Shown: one piece after another, positions 21,092-32,869 of the stretch
Numbering within the stretch: the first letter of the stretch is position 1
How the letters are laid out: each line of letters begins with the position of its first letter
NCBI RefSeq assembly: GCF_001194135.2
Contig: NC_068994.1
Coordinates: 45,562,107 to 45,595,057, forward strand
From: Octopus bimaculoides
Taxonomy: Eukaryota
Length of the DNA: 32,951 bases
Direction: 5' to 3'
The notes under the pieces: model-generated
Databases searched by the model: none
Told to the model about the DNA's origin: nothing
The model's input: the letters and a program-made list of their open reading frames with translations, nothing else
Program-made: the position numbers and the translations under genes

Positions 21092-21295
21092 TTGTGTGTC
21101 TGTTTGTCCCCCTAGCATTGCTTGACAAACGATGCTGGTGTGTTTATTTCCCCGTCACTTATCGGTTCGGCAAAAGCGACCGATAGAATAAGTACTAGGC
21201 TTACAAAGAATAAGTCCCGGGGTCGATTTGCTCGACTAAAGGCGGTGCTCCAGCATGGCCGCAGTCAAATGACTGAAACAAGTAAAAGAGTAAAG
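21047..21295 (+). mobile_element. SINE family 'B' internal microsatellite plus 3' half
   Basis: GCTTGACAAACGATGCTGG...CGATAGAATAAGTACTAGG...GCGGTGCTCCAGCATGGCCGCAGTC...GAAACAAGTAAAAGAG; colinear with 23530-23717. Confidence 0.85.
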
Positions 21296-21304
21296 GAATA
21301 TAGG

Positions 21305-21662
21305 TGTTTTCATAAACGCTGTTGTTACTACAATTGTTGTTATCGCTACAATTCATAGTTTCATCATTGCTGTTATTACAGATGCTGTCGTCGTGGTTAC
21401 AGTTTGTAGATATTCTTAATATTATTATTATTATTGAAATCAATCGTGATGTTGTTGTTTTTGTAGCTATTGGCGTTAATAACGTTGTTCTTGTTGTTAT
21501 AGTCGTTTGAGTCTAAACAGTCGTAGTTATTGTCACAGTTGCTGCTCTTCATATTTACACTACACTTAATAATTACTGCCAGAATTATTGTCACTACCGT
21601 CAGCTGATGCCTCAATTGCTGTCATTATAAACATTATTGTTGTTGCTGTTGTTGTTGTTGTG
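21305..21662. repeat. Cryptic (GTT/ATT)n trinucleotide tract
   Basis: Direct reading. Confidence 0.8.
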
Positions 21663-21714
21663 TGGAAGAATTTGCCAATAACCATTTCCAGTGACCTCGC
21701 TACATGCCATTCAG

Positions 21715-21770
21715 ATTTATTACACGCCATTTATTACATGCCTTTTATTACATACTATTTATTACATACA
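21715..21770. repeat. 14-bp minisatellite x4 (ATTTATTACAYRCY)
   Basis: ATTTATTACACGCC / ATTTATTACATGCC / TTTTATTACATACT / ATTTATTACATACA. Confidence 0.9.
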
Positions 21771-21909
21771 CATAGCCCTATAGAAATCACGGCAATTCAG
21801 GCGATGATTTCTGATTCTTGTACTTCCTCATTCCGTCTCACCTGCCCCAAACAGTTCTTCCGCTCTCTTTTCGCTTGGCATTAATCTAAATATAACTTGT
21901 TCAACATTC

Positions 21910-21965
21910 AAACACACACGCGCACACTCACACACACACACACTCATGCACACACACACAAGCAC

Positions 21966-22028
<63 letters not shown>

Positions 22029-22082
22029 TAGATTGAAAGATAGATAGATAGATAGATAGATAGTTAGATAGATAGATAGATG

Positions 22083-22115
<33 letters not shown>

Positions 22116-22270
22116 CGAAAGAGAGAGAAAGAGAAACGCAAACACACACACATAGAGGTGCGCAGACACACACAGGCAGGTGCACGCACACAGACATACA
22201 CGCACGCACAAACACACTTGCAGCGTACACATGCCCACGCACACATACATGCATGCCACCCCAAACACAA
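21910..22270. repeat. Compound (CA)n, (GA)n, (GATA)n microsatellites
   Basis: Direct reading. Confidence 0.95.
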
Positions 22271-22344
22271 ACACACTTAATATTGTTTTCTTTTTCTTTC
22301 TGTTTGTTTATCTGTTTTATCTGTTGTTGTTGCTCTTCCATCCA

Positions 22345-22980
22345 CCGTCTACCCTTAACTAACCATCAAACACAGCTAAAAATCGCCAACTAACAGCCAC
22401 CAATCACAAACCGTTAACCTTTAACATCAATCACCGGCACCAACCACCGTCTCGAAGCCTCCAGCTACTAACCACTGATCACAACTAATCCCGAAACACC
22501 GATCACCAATCGCTAATCAGTAATCACTAAACATTAACCAGGCACCAGCCGTTTACCACCAATCATCAGAACCAACCACTAACAGCTGTACACTAATAAT
22601 AATTACTAACCAGCAGCCGCTATCATCAGTCATCAATCACAAGTCACAAGTCACCAGTCACCACTGCTTGTCACTCACTAACAAGCAACTATTACAAACC
22701 ACTATCCACCAATTGTCGATCACAAATAACCAGCTATCTATAACCAACCACCACTAAGTACGAATCATTAATCATCAATCACTGTCAACCACCGATGAAA
22801 CCATCTACCATAAGCATAAATCACTTGCTACCTTCTGCAAATCCGAACTTCTAAGCACCACTCACAACCCCCAAGCGTTAAACAGCAACTATTAGCCATG
22901 AACTACTAACTACTAACCACTAAGTACCAGCTACTAACCACCGACCATTAACTAGTACTCAGTCACGTCTGTTAACTACT
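22345..22980. repeat. Degenerate 7-bp tandem array, consensus ~AACCACT
   Basis: In-phase heptamers 22866-22963 (AACTACT AACTACT AACCACT AAGTACC AGCTACT AACCACC...) and ATCACAA GTCACAA GTCACCA GTCACCA near 22636-22663; strong A/C strand bias. Confidence 0.8.
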
Positions 22981-23325
22981 TGCCAATTTTATTACGTAAC
23001 ATTTGTTACATAAGCAGCACTCTGGAAATTATTGAAATACGGACAATATATTATTCTTGCTTGTTGTTCTTTTTAGCGAAAACTATAATTTTAAACAGAG
23101 TTTATTATGTTAACCGAAACCACTTAAAGTGAGTGCTTCAATTCAGTTGTGTACAATTGAAAATTAATGTCTTACTATTTAACCGTGCAAATTTCTTTGT
23201 AATCTAAATTGTAATATAAACCTGCTATACTTCAATACAAGCAGCACACCGACGTCATCTGACATGATAAAATGCTTCTTGAATAGTTTGAAATATATCT
23301 TTAGTAGCGGTTAAATGCTAACGAA

Positions 23326-23717
23326 GACTGTATGGTGAAGAAGCTTGCTTTGTGACCTTGTGGTTTCGGGTTCAGTCCCACGGACGCGGCACCTTGAGCA
23401 AGTTGGCCCAGGATTTCTACAAAACCAATGTTTTGTGAAGTGAATTTGGTTGCTGGAAACTGAGTGGAAGCCCGTCGTATGTGTGTGTGAGTTTGTGTGC
23501 GTGAGTGTATATGTTTGTGCTTGGGCTTGTCCCTACCATCGCTTGACAATCAGTGTTAGTTTGTTTACATGTATGTAACAGCAGTTCGGTAAAAGAGACC
23601 GATAGAATAAGCACCTAACATAAAAAATAGTCCTGGGGCCACTTTATTTGATTAACCTTTCAAAGCCGTGCCCCAGCATGTCACAGTTTAAGGAGTGAAA
23701 CAAATGCAAGATGAAAG
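23326..23717 (+). mobile_element. SINE family 'B', full-length degenerate copy
   Basis: A-box-like GACTGTATGGTGAAGAAGCTTGCTT, B box GGGTTCAGTCCC, CACCTTGAGCAAG core, internal (GT)n, and a 3' half matching 21090-21295. Confidence 0.85.
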
Positions 23718-24638
23718 GTAATACAAATAAAGATATTATCTTTCGGTGCAGTTCTAAAGGGTGGGTGTATATCTTGAATCTGATCCATAAAACATACAAA
23801 AAGGTAGCATGCAGAATTCAGCGTAACGATAAGCAAATGCACCGATACTTGATAAAAATGGTAATATAAAACTGAGTCAGATATTATTCATCATGTCTTG
23901 CAAAAGAAAATCAACAACAAACAAACGGTAAATGAACACAAGAGGAATATGTTTCTATACTGCATGCATATATAAAGCCACACTACTCAAAATCGAAAGC
24001 CCCGACAATAATTTCGTTTAAAAGATTCGTAGGAGTAAATCTGATCTCGAAATAACTTCGGGTATCAACAGACTTACTAATTTAGGAAGATTTGTTCTGG
24101 AAGCCACAAAGATATCAGAACTAGGAATATACACAATAAAAAAAGATATAAGATACAAAGAAGTTCAGATAAATGTTACAGTAATGCAGATTGATTAAAA
24201 ATAAATAAATAAATAGAAGCAACTAAAATAAAAGAACACTTGAAACAAGAATCTACCTGAAACAAGAATCGACCGGCATGGAAGCGACAACGTACATTTG
24301 AAATAAAAGTAATCTGTTCAATTTTAAACCAGAACGAGTTATCGAAAACAGGGTAAAAATTATATTAGAAATAAATATCGAACCAACGCTAAGAGAAGTG
24401 GGGGATTTCATACTGACGATTATGGTCGCGAGAAATCAGTATGTACGTACAAGTCCTAATGCCTCTTGAAATCTGCAGGGATATTTCGGAACTGGTGCAG
24501 AAAGAAGAGGAATGCAACTAGTTGTTTGACATGAGGCAGTAAAAGCTATCTTGCCTGAGGAAAAAAGAAAGACGGTAAAGAGGGAAAAGAGCGAGAGATA
24601 ACAGCATCAGATCAAGTAAAAAGCAACATCAACATCAG

Positions 24639-24639
24639 C

Positions 24640-24700
<61 letters not shown>
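24639..24700. repeat. (CAA)n microsatellite
   Basis: Direct reading. Confidence 0.98.
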
Positions 24701-25079
24701 GCAGCATGAAAAGATCTGGAAGTTACTGTTCCAACAGCATTGTCAATTGAAATCCGATAGAGTAAATCGCCTTGCCTTTCTATCCTAAAACCTGACGAAA
24801 TCGAATCCTTTCTCGCCTTCCAATTGTAACATCCTAAGCTCTTGCGAAGATGAGAAGCAAAAATAGTGGCTGGAGAAATATGGAAGAGGGAAATGAGAGT
24901 AGGAAACGAAAAAAGAGATAGAACAATAAGAGTAATGATCAGCAGAAGACATGTAAGATGTAGAGAGATGGAACTGCCTCAACAGTGACGCTCAATTTTG
25001 TCTCAGACTTAACTATAACGAAAATACTAACGGGTATGTTTGGGTGCACCTCTTTTCAATACCATACTGGCAGGCAGGT

Positions 25080-25880
25080 GGTATGGTAAGTGTGCTCTTT
25101 CCTAAAAACTAACAGGTTGCCCCTAATAGCACTGTATTCTGGAACTCTACTAAACTGCGTTTTATGCCTTATTTCCTCTATCCATCTGTTCAAGTCTTTA
25201 GGGAGAATTCCCAATGCACCTATAACTACTGGGATACATTTTACCAGCACTTTCTATAATCTTTGTAATTCAATGGTTAGGTCCTGGTACTTTGCTATTT
25301 TTTCTGTACTTCTCATATTGATTTTGTCATCATTTGGGACTAAGTCAATTATCTGGCACTTTCTATTCTCTTTATCTACTACTACCAAATCAGGCCTTCT
25401 AGCTCCTTTTACTCTGTCAGTCTGAATGTTAAAGTCCCACAACATCTTGTATTTCTTGCTTTACTAGAAAGTAATTTACTAGAAAGAAATTACTAGAATT
25501 TACTAGTTTCATGTTCATACCATTATCAGTATGGTCAAATCCTAGCTTTCTATATAACTCCCAGTGGATTACTCTTCCTAGTTTGTCATGTTTCTTGTTT
25601 TCTTTCTGTGCTAGCATGGTACATTCACTTACCATATGAGTAACACTTTCCGCTTTTGATTTGCATAACCTATATTGGGAATCTATTTAGTTTTTGTCTA
25701 GCTTAGTGTTTATCCAATTAGTCATTAATGCTTGATCTTGTGCTGCTACTGACAAACTTTCTGTCTCTCTTTTCAAACTTCATTTCTGCAACCATAACCA
25801 TGTCACACTACTACTATTTACTGCTACTATCTTTGTGAACCTACCATGCAAAGCCTTCTCCTGCCAGTCAGATAACTTTT
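25080..25880 (-). mobile_element. Decayed R4/Dong-like non-LTR retrotransposon, C-terminal zinc knuckle plus REL endonuclease
   Basis: DWQEKALHGRF...LKRETESLSVAAQDQAL...YRLCKSKAESVTHMVSEC (CCHC, first C lost)...KHDKLGRVIHWEL...LWDFNIQTDR...RRPDLVVVDK...CQIID...EKIAKYQDL...CIPVVIGALG (PD..D..K REL core). Confidence 0.9.
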
Positions 25881-25894
25881 GTTCTTATGTATAA

Positions 25895-25925
25895 AGACAC
25901 ACACACACATATATACACAGACACA

Positions 25926-25965
<40 letters not shown>

Positions 25966-26002
25966 NNNNNNNNNNNNNNNNNNNNNNNNNNNNNNNNNNN
26001 NN

Positions 26003-26049
<47 letters not shown>

Positions 26050-26082
26050 TATATATATATATATATATATATATGGATGTAT
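25895..26082. repeat. (CA)n/(TA)n microsatellite containing a 37-nt N gap (25966-26002)
   Basis: Direct reading. Confidence 0.95.
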
Positions 26083-26430
26083 ATTATAAGTTTATATATA
26101 TCTATGAATATTTTTGTACGTAAGTGTTGATGTGTCCCATTATGTATACATAAATGTTCATGTGTATACATGAATGTCGGTTGCATGTATTTATATGGAA
26201 TTCATAGCTGAATAGCTAAAAGTAATATTTGTCCTTTTACAAGAGAATGCATGCACCATTCTCTGCCCAACAAAATGACACACTTCCAAATAATCTCTGA
26301 CAATGAAAACAAGTTTAATTTTGGCACTTTCTGTATTTATTTAACTAAGACGAAATCATGAAAATTTTCAATGAAATTGCTTTCGTGTAAGCATTAATTG
26401 AACATTGCTGCCGACGACGTTGAGTAGACT

Positions 26431-26487
<57 letters not shown>
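26431..26487. repeat. (GTA)n microsatellite followed by cryptic (GTT)n tract to ~26680
   Basis: Direct reading. Confidence 0.95.
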
Positions 26488-26488
<1 letters not shown>

Positions 26489-26679
26489 AGGTGGTTGTAC
26501 GTTGTTTTTGTTGATGGTTATTGGTGGCGACAATGATATTTTCGGTAGTGAGGATGCTGTCACTGTTGTCGTTTCGGCGGTGTTAATGATAATGTTGAAG
26601 ATGTAGTTATTGTTGTTGTCATTGTTATCGGCATTTCTGATAATGTTGTTGTTGGCGCTGCTCTGTTTTTATTGCTGCT

Positions 26680-26761
26680 GTATACATACATATATACATA
26701 CATACATATATGCATAAATGCATACATACACACATACATACATACATACATTCATGGATGC

Positions 26762-26828
<67 letters not shown>

Positions 26829-26983
26829 TATACATATATATATATATATATACATATATATACACACATATATATATACATATATATATACCTATATATA
26901 TATTCTTATATAAAATATATATATATATACATATGCATATGTAAGTACGTGTATGCATATATATATATATATCTGTGTGTATG

Positions 26984-27021
<38 letters not shown>

Positions 27022-27130
27022 TATATATATATGTACATACATATGTATACACGCACACACACACATTCACAAACATATATATATATATATACATGCATAC
27101 ACATATATATGTATACACAGACACATATAC
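26680..27130. repeat. Long compound (TA)n/(TACA)n tract
   Basis: Direct reading; explains the stack of YI-repeat ORFs. Confidence 0.96.
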
Positions 27131-28124
27131 ACTGTCGTAATTGTCGTTGTGGCATCTACTATAGTCTTTGATTTAACTGTTTGTTACTGAAAAACCTTCC
27201 TTTACGCTAAATATTTTAACTGCCAACCTTATATTGCAATTAGAACTATGAATATTCACCTTTCATAAAAAAACTCATTAGTCTAATTAAATTGAAAATA
27301 CAACAGTTGTATTCGTCTGGCGATATAGCACGCGCACGCACATACACACTAGCACACACACATGCAAACACACACACACACAGAGGTACGCATATACACA
27401 CACACACTCACACATATACACACACGTGCGCGCACATATATGCTGAAGTATTTTCATATACATCTCTTCAATATCTATTTTCTCCTTCTCTCTCTTGATG
27501 TACCACACACATCTACACACGTATGTACGCGTGAATTGTATACCTATATGTATCTATAAGTATATCTACGTGTCTGTTCGTGTATGCATACACACACGTA
27601 CACACATACACACATATACATTTTGCAAGTAGTAGTAAGAACAAACGAAAAACCACTCAAGACCGTTAATAATATATTCATTATTGTTCATATCGTAATG
27701 TTATTCATTTATTCATTTAATATATATATTCATAATTGTTAAAATTGACTCTTCCATTACTTCAAGATTCGAGCTGACAAAGCATTCAACATTTATATAA
27801 GAACATTCTAAAGTCTATTACTTCCCAGTTGACATCACAATGGTTAACCCATCGTTCTTGAAATTACCATACATACCTGGACAAGGCTGTGTAATATTTT
27901 GTTTTCCTCATGTCCGAAGGGAGCCTTAAAGCTGACTGCACTAATTATGTTGTGGTTTCGCGCTTATCATGAAACTTGTTCGAAAATCCACCTTCGCTTT
28001 GGAGATAATTTCTTTCTTTATATATTTTCCATTTAGAGGAGTGGTTTTCTTTGTCCATTGAGGGGACAAGCTCTTTCGTTCTAGAATTGCATTCACTTTC
28101 CCAGATCAGGTCTTTACCATTATA

Positions 28125-28290
28125 TGAAGTTTCCGCTTTTCTAGCAGATCTATGACAAAAGCTATTCCAGACATGGCTATCCTATTTATTTACAGACTCA
28201 ATATATCTAGTGTTCAGTTGGTAGAAATATAATAAGATATTATGTAAGAGAGTGTTTACTGCTATTTCTAGCAAATCGAGCGACTACATT
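28125..28290 (+). repeat. Unclassified interspersed repeat 'X' copy
   Basis: AGCAGATCTATGACAAAAGCTATTCCAGACATGGCTATCC (28143) resembles AGCAGACCTATTATCAAATACATTCCATCAGATGATCATCC (16042). GCTATTTCTAGCAAATCGAG resembles GTTATTTTTACCCGGTCGAG. Confidence 0.5.
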
Positions 28291-29584
28291 AAGGCTCTAT
28301 CGTCTCGTTTATTGCATGTTATTCTAACTGGCTATTTCGAACTTTATTCGACATTATGTTGTCTTTCGCGAATTCACCTTGAATTTATTTATGAACTTAA
28401 ACTAGTTGTGGTTGATTAAGAAATATTTTGACTAAAGCTAAGGATTTCGTATTATCTGTTTGAGTTAAACCAGAATAGCACCAAGTATAACCACAATATG
28501 GTATATTGTTGTAGAGACGCAGATCATCTTACCTCGAATTGACTAATGACCAAACATGTTGTATGCGTAACCTGCTCCTAATTTTATTTATGAATGTTTA
28601 CAAAACCCAACAAATTCTTTAGATTTTGAAAATCAAACACAGTAGATTATTATTTATGAGAAATTTTGCTGTTGTTTTAATTCAAGCTGATCGACCAATC
28701 GCATGCAGCAGAGCTGGGGTAACATTTTAGTACCAGTCTCGAACTGCAAGCGCAAAAACAAACAAACAAACAAGCAAACAAAAGCTGAAAAACTAAGAAA
28801 CAACCTCCCCCCCCCAAAAAAAATCTATGGAAGTATAGCTGTGCTGAGAAAAATACTATCAATCATTATTTTACAAATTCAGCGGTTTAACTTTATTATA
28901 TTACCGTTTAGATTTTTCAAGCTAAAATCGTTTTTCTTTGAGCCTCCATCAGCAGACGGTTCCATATTTGAATGTTAGCTTGAGTTAATAATGATTGTGC
29001 TCTATAGATAAGGCCGTATTTTGATGTGGCATCGTAAACCCACGTAACACTACCAGTATTTCTGTTGTTATATTGTTCTTAGAACAGATATTCCATAAAT
29101 GGTGTTTAATACCGTCTCGCCATGTTAAAAAAACAAAACAAAACAGTCACGACTTTTATTTAAAAATAGTTATAGAAATTAATGAATAGACTGGAATCAA
29201 AACCAGTAATTATTGTAATACAATGAAAAAAATAGTAAATATTATAAGAGATTGTTGTTTAATAACCATAGAGAAAATTAACGGTGAATAATTTCATAAT
29301 AATCATAGGACTAAAAGCTTTCACACACACATATATAGATATATAGCTACAAAGAAATATACACAGACAGATACATTCACTTCTACGCTTATATACATAC
29401 ACACATAGATTTCAGTTATATCTCCTCTAAGTCAGTTATTCTTTTTATATTCATTCATCCATGTATATACATGTGGAATATGACAAAGTGTATGAATGTT
29501 ATGGGGCTGTGTGTTTGTTTTACACATATACACATATACATGTATAGCAATTAATCAATTTATGTTACATAAATGTTTCTCTCT

Positions 29585-29618
<34 letters not shown>

Positions 29619-30489
29619 NNNNNNNNNNNNNNNNNNNNNNNNNNNNNNNNNNNNNNNNNNNNNNNNNNNNNNNNNNNNNNNNNNNNNNNNNNNNNNNNNN
29701 NNNNNNNNNNNNNNNNNNNNNNNNNNNNNNNNNNNNNNNNNNNNNNNNNNNNNNNNNNNNNNNNNNNNNNNNNNNNNNNNNNNNNNNNNNNNNNNNNNNN
29801 NNNNNNNNNNNNNNNNNNNNNNNNNNNNNNNNNNNNNNNNNNNNNNNNNNNNNNNNNNNNNNNNNNNNNNNNNNNNNNNNNNNNNNNNNNNNNNNNNNNN
29901 NNNNNNNNNNNNNNNNNNNNNNNNNNNNNNNNNNNNNNNNNNNNNNNNNNNNNNNNNNNNNNNNNNNNNNNNNNNNNNNNNNNNNNNNNNNNNNNNNNNN
30001 NNNNNNNNNNNNNNNNNNNNNNNNNNNNNNNNNNNNNNNNNNNNNNNNNNNNNNNNNNNNNNNNNNNNNNNNNNNNNNNNNNNNNNNNNNNNNNNNNNNN
30101 NNNNNNNNNNNNNNNNNNNNNNNNNNNNNNNNNNNNNNNNNNNNNNNNNNNNNNNNNNNNNNNNNNNNNNNNNNNNNNNNNNNNNNNNNNNNNNNNNNNN
30201 NNNNNNNNNNNNNNNNNNNNNNNNNNNNNNNNNNNNNNNNNNNNNNNNNNNNNNNNNNNNNNNNNNNNNNNNNNNNNNNNNNNNNNNNNNNNNNNNNNNN
30301 NNNNNNNNNNNNNNNNNNNNNNNNNNNNNNNNNNNNNNNNNNNNNNNNNNNNNNNNNNNNNNNNNNNNNNNNNNNNNNNNNNNNNNNNNNNNNNNNNNNN
30401 NNNNNNNNNNNNNNNNNNNNNNNNNNNNNNNNNNNNNNNNNNNNNNNNNNNNNNNNNNNNNNNNNNNNNNNNNNNNNNNNNNNNNNNNN
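29619..30489. other. Assembly gap (N)
   Basis: N run. Confidence 1.
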
Positions 30490-30522
<33 letters not shown>

Positions 30523-31076
30523 ATAAAAGTGGAACAAAAACGCAATAGAGGACAATAAAACATTCAGACAGATTGACGATACAAAGGCGGACAAGAGAAA
30601 CAACAATTAGAAGGACAGGCGAAAAAAGACAGGTCATTCGTGGCCTTCTTTCCTCAGTCAAGTACCAGAAGTCAGGACCGTTCCGGACAGTTACACTTGA
30701 GACGGTTCAATCTGGTTGCCCGCAAAAATGTCTAAGCTAAGGGCATTGAATCCCTTTGTAAAGAAAGCTAGCAGATTTGTACGGCAACAAGGACAAAAAA
30801 CGGAGAACATGGTACACAATTACGAATAGAAAACCAAGAAAATAACAACGGGTGTCTTTCGATTGAGAACGAATCCAACTGAGCTGGCGAATATGAAATG
30901 AAAGCCTAAAGGCAGGAACGTAGGAGATGGACATTAGAGGTGTTGCGATACACATACATATACATATACATACTAAAAACACGAAAGTCTTCGCTACATT
31001 TGCGGCACTTGCCAGAGGGAGAGTTTGTCCACGATAGGACTACACAGCCATAGCAGATGTATTAGGACATATATTA

Positions 31077-31078
<2 letters not shown>

Positions 31079-31132
<54 letters not shown>
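31079..31132. repeat. (AT)n microsatellite
   Basis: Direct reading. Confidence 0.97.
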
Positions 31133-31134
<2 letters not shown>

Positions 31135-31607
31135 GCGCCCATACATACACAGGCGAAGACACGTTAACCCCTCCTCACCTCCAGCTCACAAATACCAGGC
31201 TGATCGGCCAACTCGAATGTTCACACAAACACACACCGTTGAGACTGCCAGCTCTTCCGGCCACAGACAGTAATTTAGAACCCCGTCCCCATGTAGAATT
31301 ATGACTGGACAGCAACTGCTCCAAGCATCCACATCCCCTACATTGATATATATCTATATATTCGCGTAGACTCGTACACGGACATACAAAGATACATGGC
31401 CACACGGACACACACCCATACACGCCCCCGCCAGCAGATATATATAGATATGCACAAATTCTGTCTATAGACAAGTTCCCATGAACACACACATGGAACG
31501 CATACCATCATCCACGCAATTATGTACACACATACACACGGTCTTATACACAAATTAACACGTATTTATATCTACAGAGGTATACGCTCACATACGCTCA
31601 CATACAC

Positions 31608-31645
<38 letters not shown>

Positions 31646-31874
31646 ATATTGTTTCTGATTTAGTTAACAGCATAACCCTCTTGACAACAAAGTAAACTAA
31701 ACATCAAAAACATTACGTCTAACGAATCAATGAAAGAAATTCTACGGGGTCACTGGATTTGTTTAAAATTTGAGTTAAATATCCTTGAAAGGAAATAAGT
31801 TCTGTAATGCTATCTCATAAACAACATGGTTGTTCTCTGTTGAAATATGCTTAATCGTAGGCTTGCTGAATGAA

Positions 31875-32012
31875 GACTGACCTGTGACAGGATAATCAGC
31901 GAAACATGTTAGCTGTGGCGTACATCAAAGCTTGTTCCGATTTGGGCTGATCCGTGGCTGCTTAATCAACGAAACGTGTTAGTTTTGATGTACACCAAAG
32001 CTTGTTTTGTCT
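31875..32012. repeat. Two-copy 70-bp tandem duplication
   Basis: CAGCGAAACATGTTAGCTGTGGCGTACATCAAAGCTTGTT (31897) vs CAACGAAACGTGTTAGTTTTGATGTACACCAAAGCTTGTT (31967), 33/40 identical. Confidence 0.85.
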
Positions 32013-32203
32013 TCATATACCCCAGTCTGATAAAATAAGAAGTCGTCTACGCGGTTCTTTTATAGAGATTTATCAATGATGAAAGATTTTTCTTTTATTC
32101 ATTTTTGTTGGTAAGACAGTTATTATACCAGTTTCATCAAGTTACATAACTCTGTATAAATTATCTCTTCATATATAAAGTATTATTCTCATCAAATTCT
32201 GTT

Positions 32204-32402
32204 TACATCGAACATCTAAGGGATGTTAGGCTACGTTCGAACACCCCCGTCGCCCGTCACTTCCGCTTAGCCAACCACTTCCCCTCTAACATCTCCGTCT
32301 TTGGCCTCTCTCTGCATCACGCGACTCCGCCTGGAACAGCGTTATATTTTTAATGTAGGAACAACTACCCCGCTCGGACTAAACACAAGCCCCTCCTCTT
32401 AA
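32204..32402 (+). mobile_element. Penelope-like element, C-terminal GIY-YIG endonuclease fragment
   Basis: YIEHLRDVRLRSNTPVARHFRLANHFPSNISVFGL, a +1 frameshift, then RLEQRYIFNVGTTTPLGLNTSPSS*. This matches the PLE EHxR..PVAxHF..EQxxIFxLGTxxPxGLN end motif. Confidence 0.85.
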
Positions 32403-32539
32403 TGACTGTCTCTACAACCTCCTGCAACAGAGCAATCTTATTTCATTAAAATTTTTTTGCTTTTAATTGCGCCATTTTATATCGTATTAATTTCTTTATC
32501 CCTTTCAACTTTATTTTTTAATAATTTATTATGTTTTTT

Positions 32540-32850
32540 TATTTATATATACACGCACACATACACACACACACGTACATATACACACACACGAAAAAAT
32601 ACACATACCCGTGCACACACCAGTGAACGCACGTATACCTACTCACACACCACACACATACAACACACATACAACGCACATACATGCACATACAACACAC
32701 ACAGTAGTGTACATTTATTCCAGACACAACTCCACACACAACCTCACGCTGCACACATACATACACACACACACACACGCACACATAGACACACTGCACA
32801 CAAAACACACACAGCCACACAACATATACATACAGGCACACACACACACC
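32540..32850. repeat. Cryptic (CA)n/(TACA)n tract
   Basis: Direct reading. Confidence 0.9.
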
Positions 32851-32869
32851 CTGTATATTCAAGGCTTTG

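Noticed and set aside
23950-24600. Purine-rich segment with faint RT-like peptide (RVIENRVKIILE..LREVGDF) and a 17-bp tandem duplication at 24241-24274
   Set aside because: Too degenerate to support by eye; needs a frameshift-aware protein search
10200-28110. Isolated splice-like sites at ~10249, ~15053-15103, ~27877 (minus) and ~28033
   Set aside because: Short peptides with no recognisable homology and weak partner sites; cannot be assembled into a gene without RNA data
30500-31020. Probable interspersed repeat with minus-strand CTGAGGA (~30653-30659) and a GATT/AATC-GAAA hairpin (~30857-30880)
   Set aside because: Neither motif completes a hammerhead fold, and repeat status rests on recollection only (no second copy in the window)
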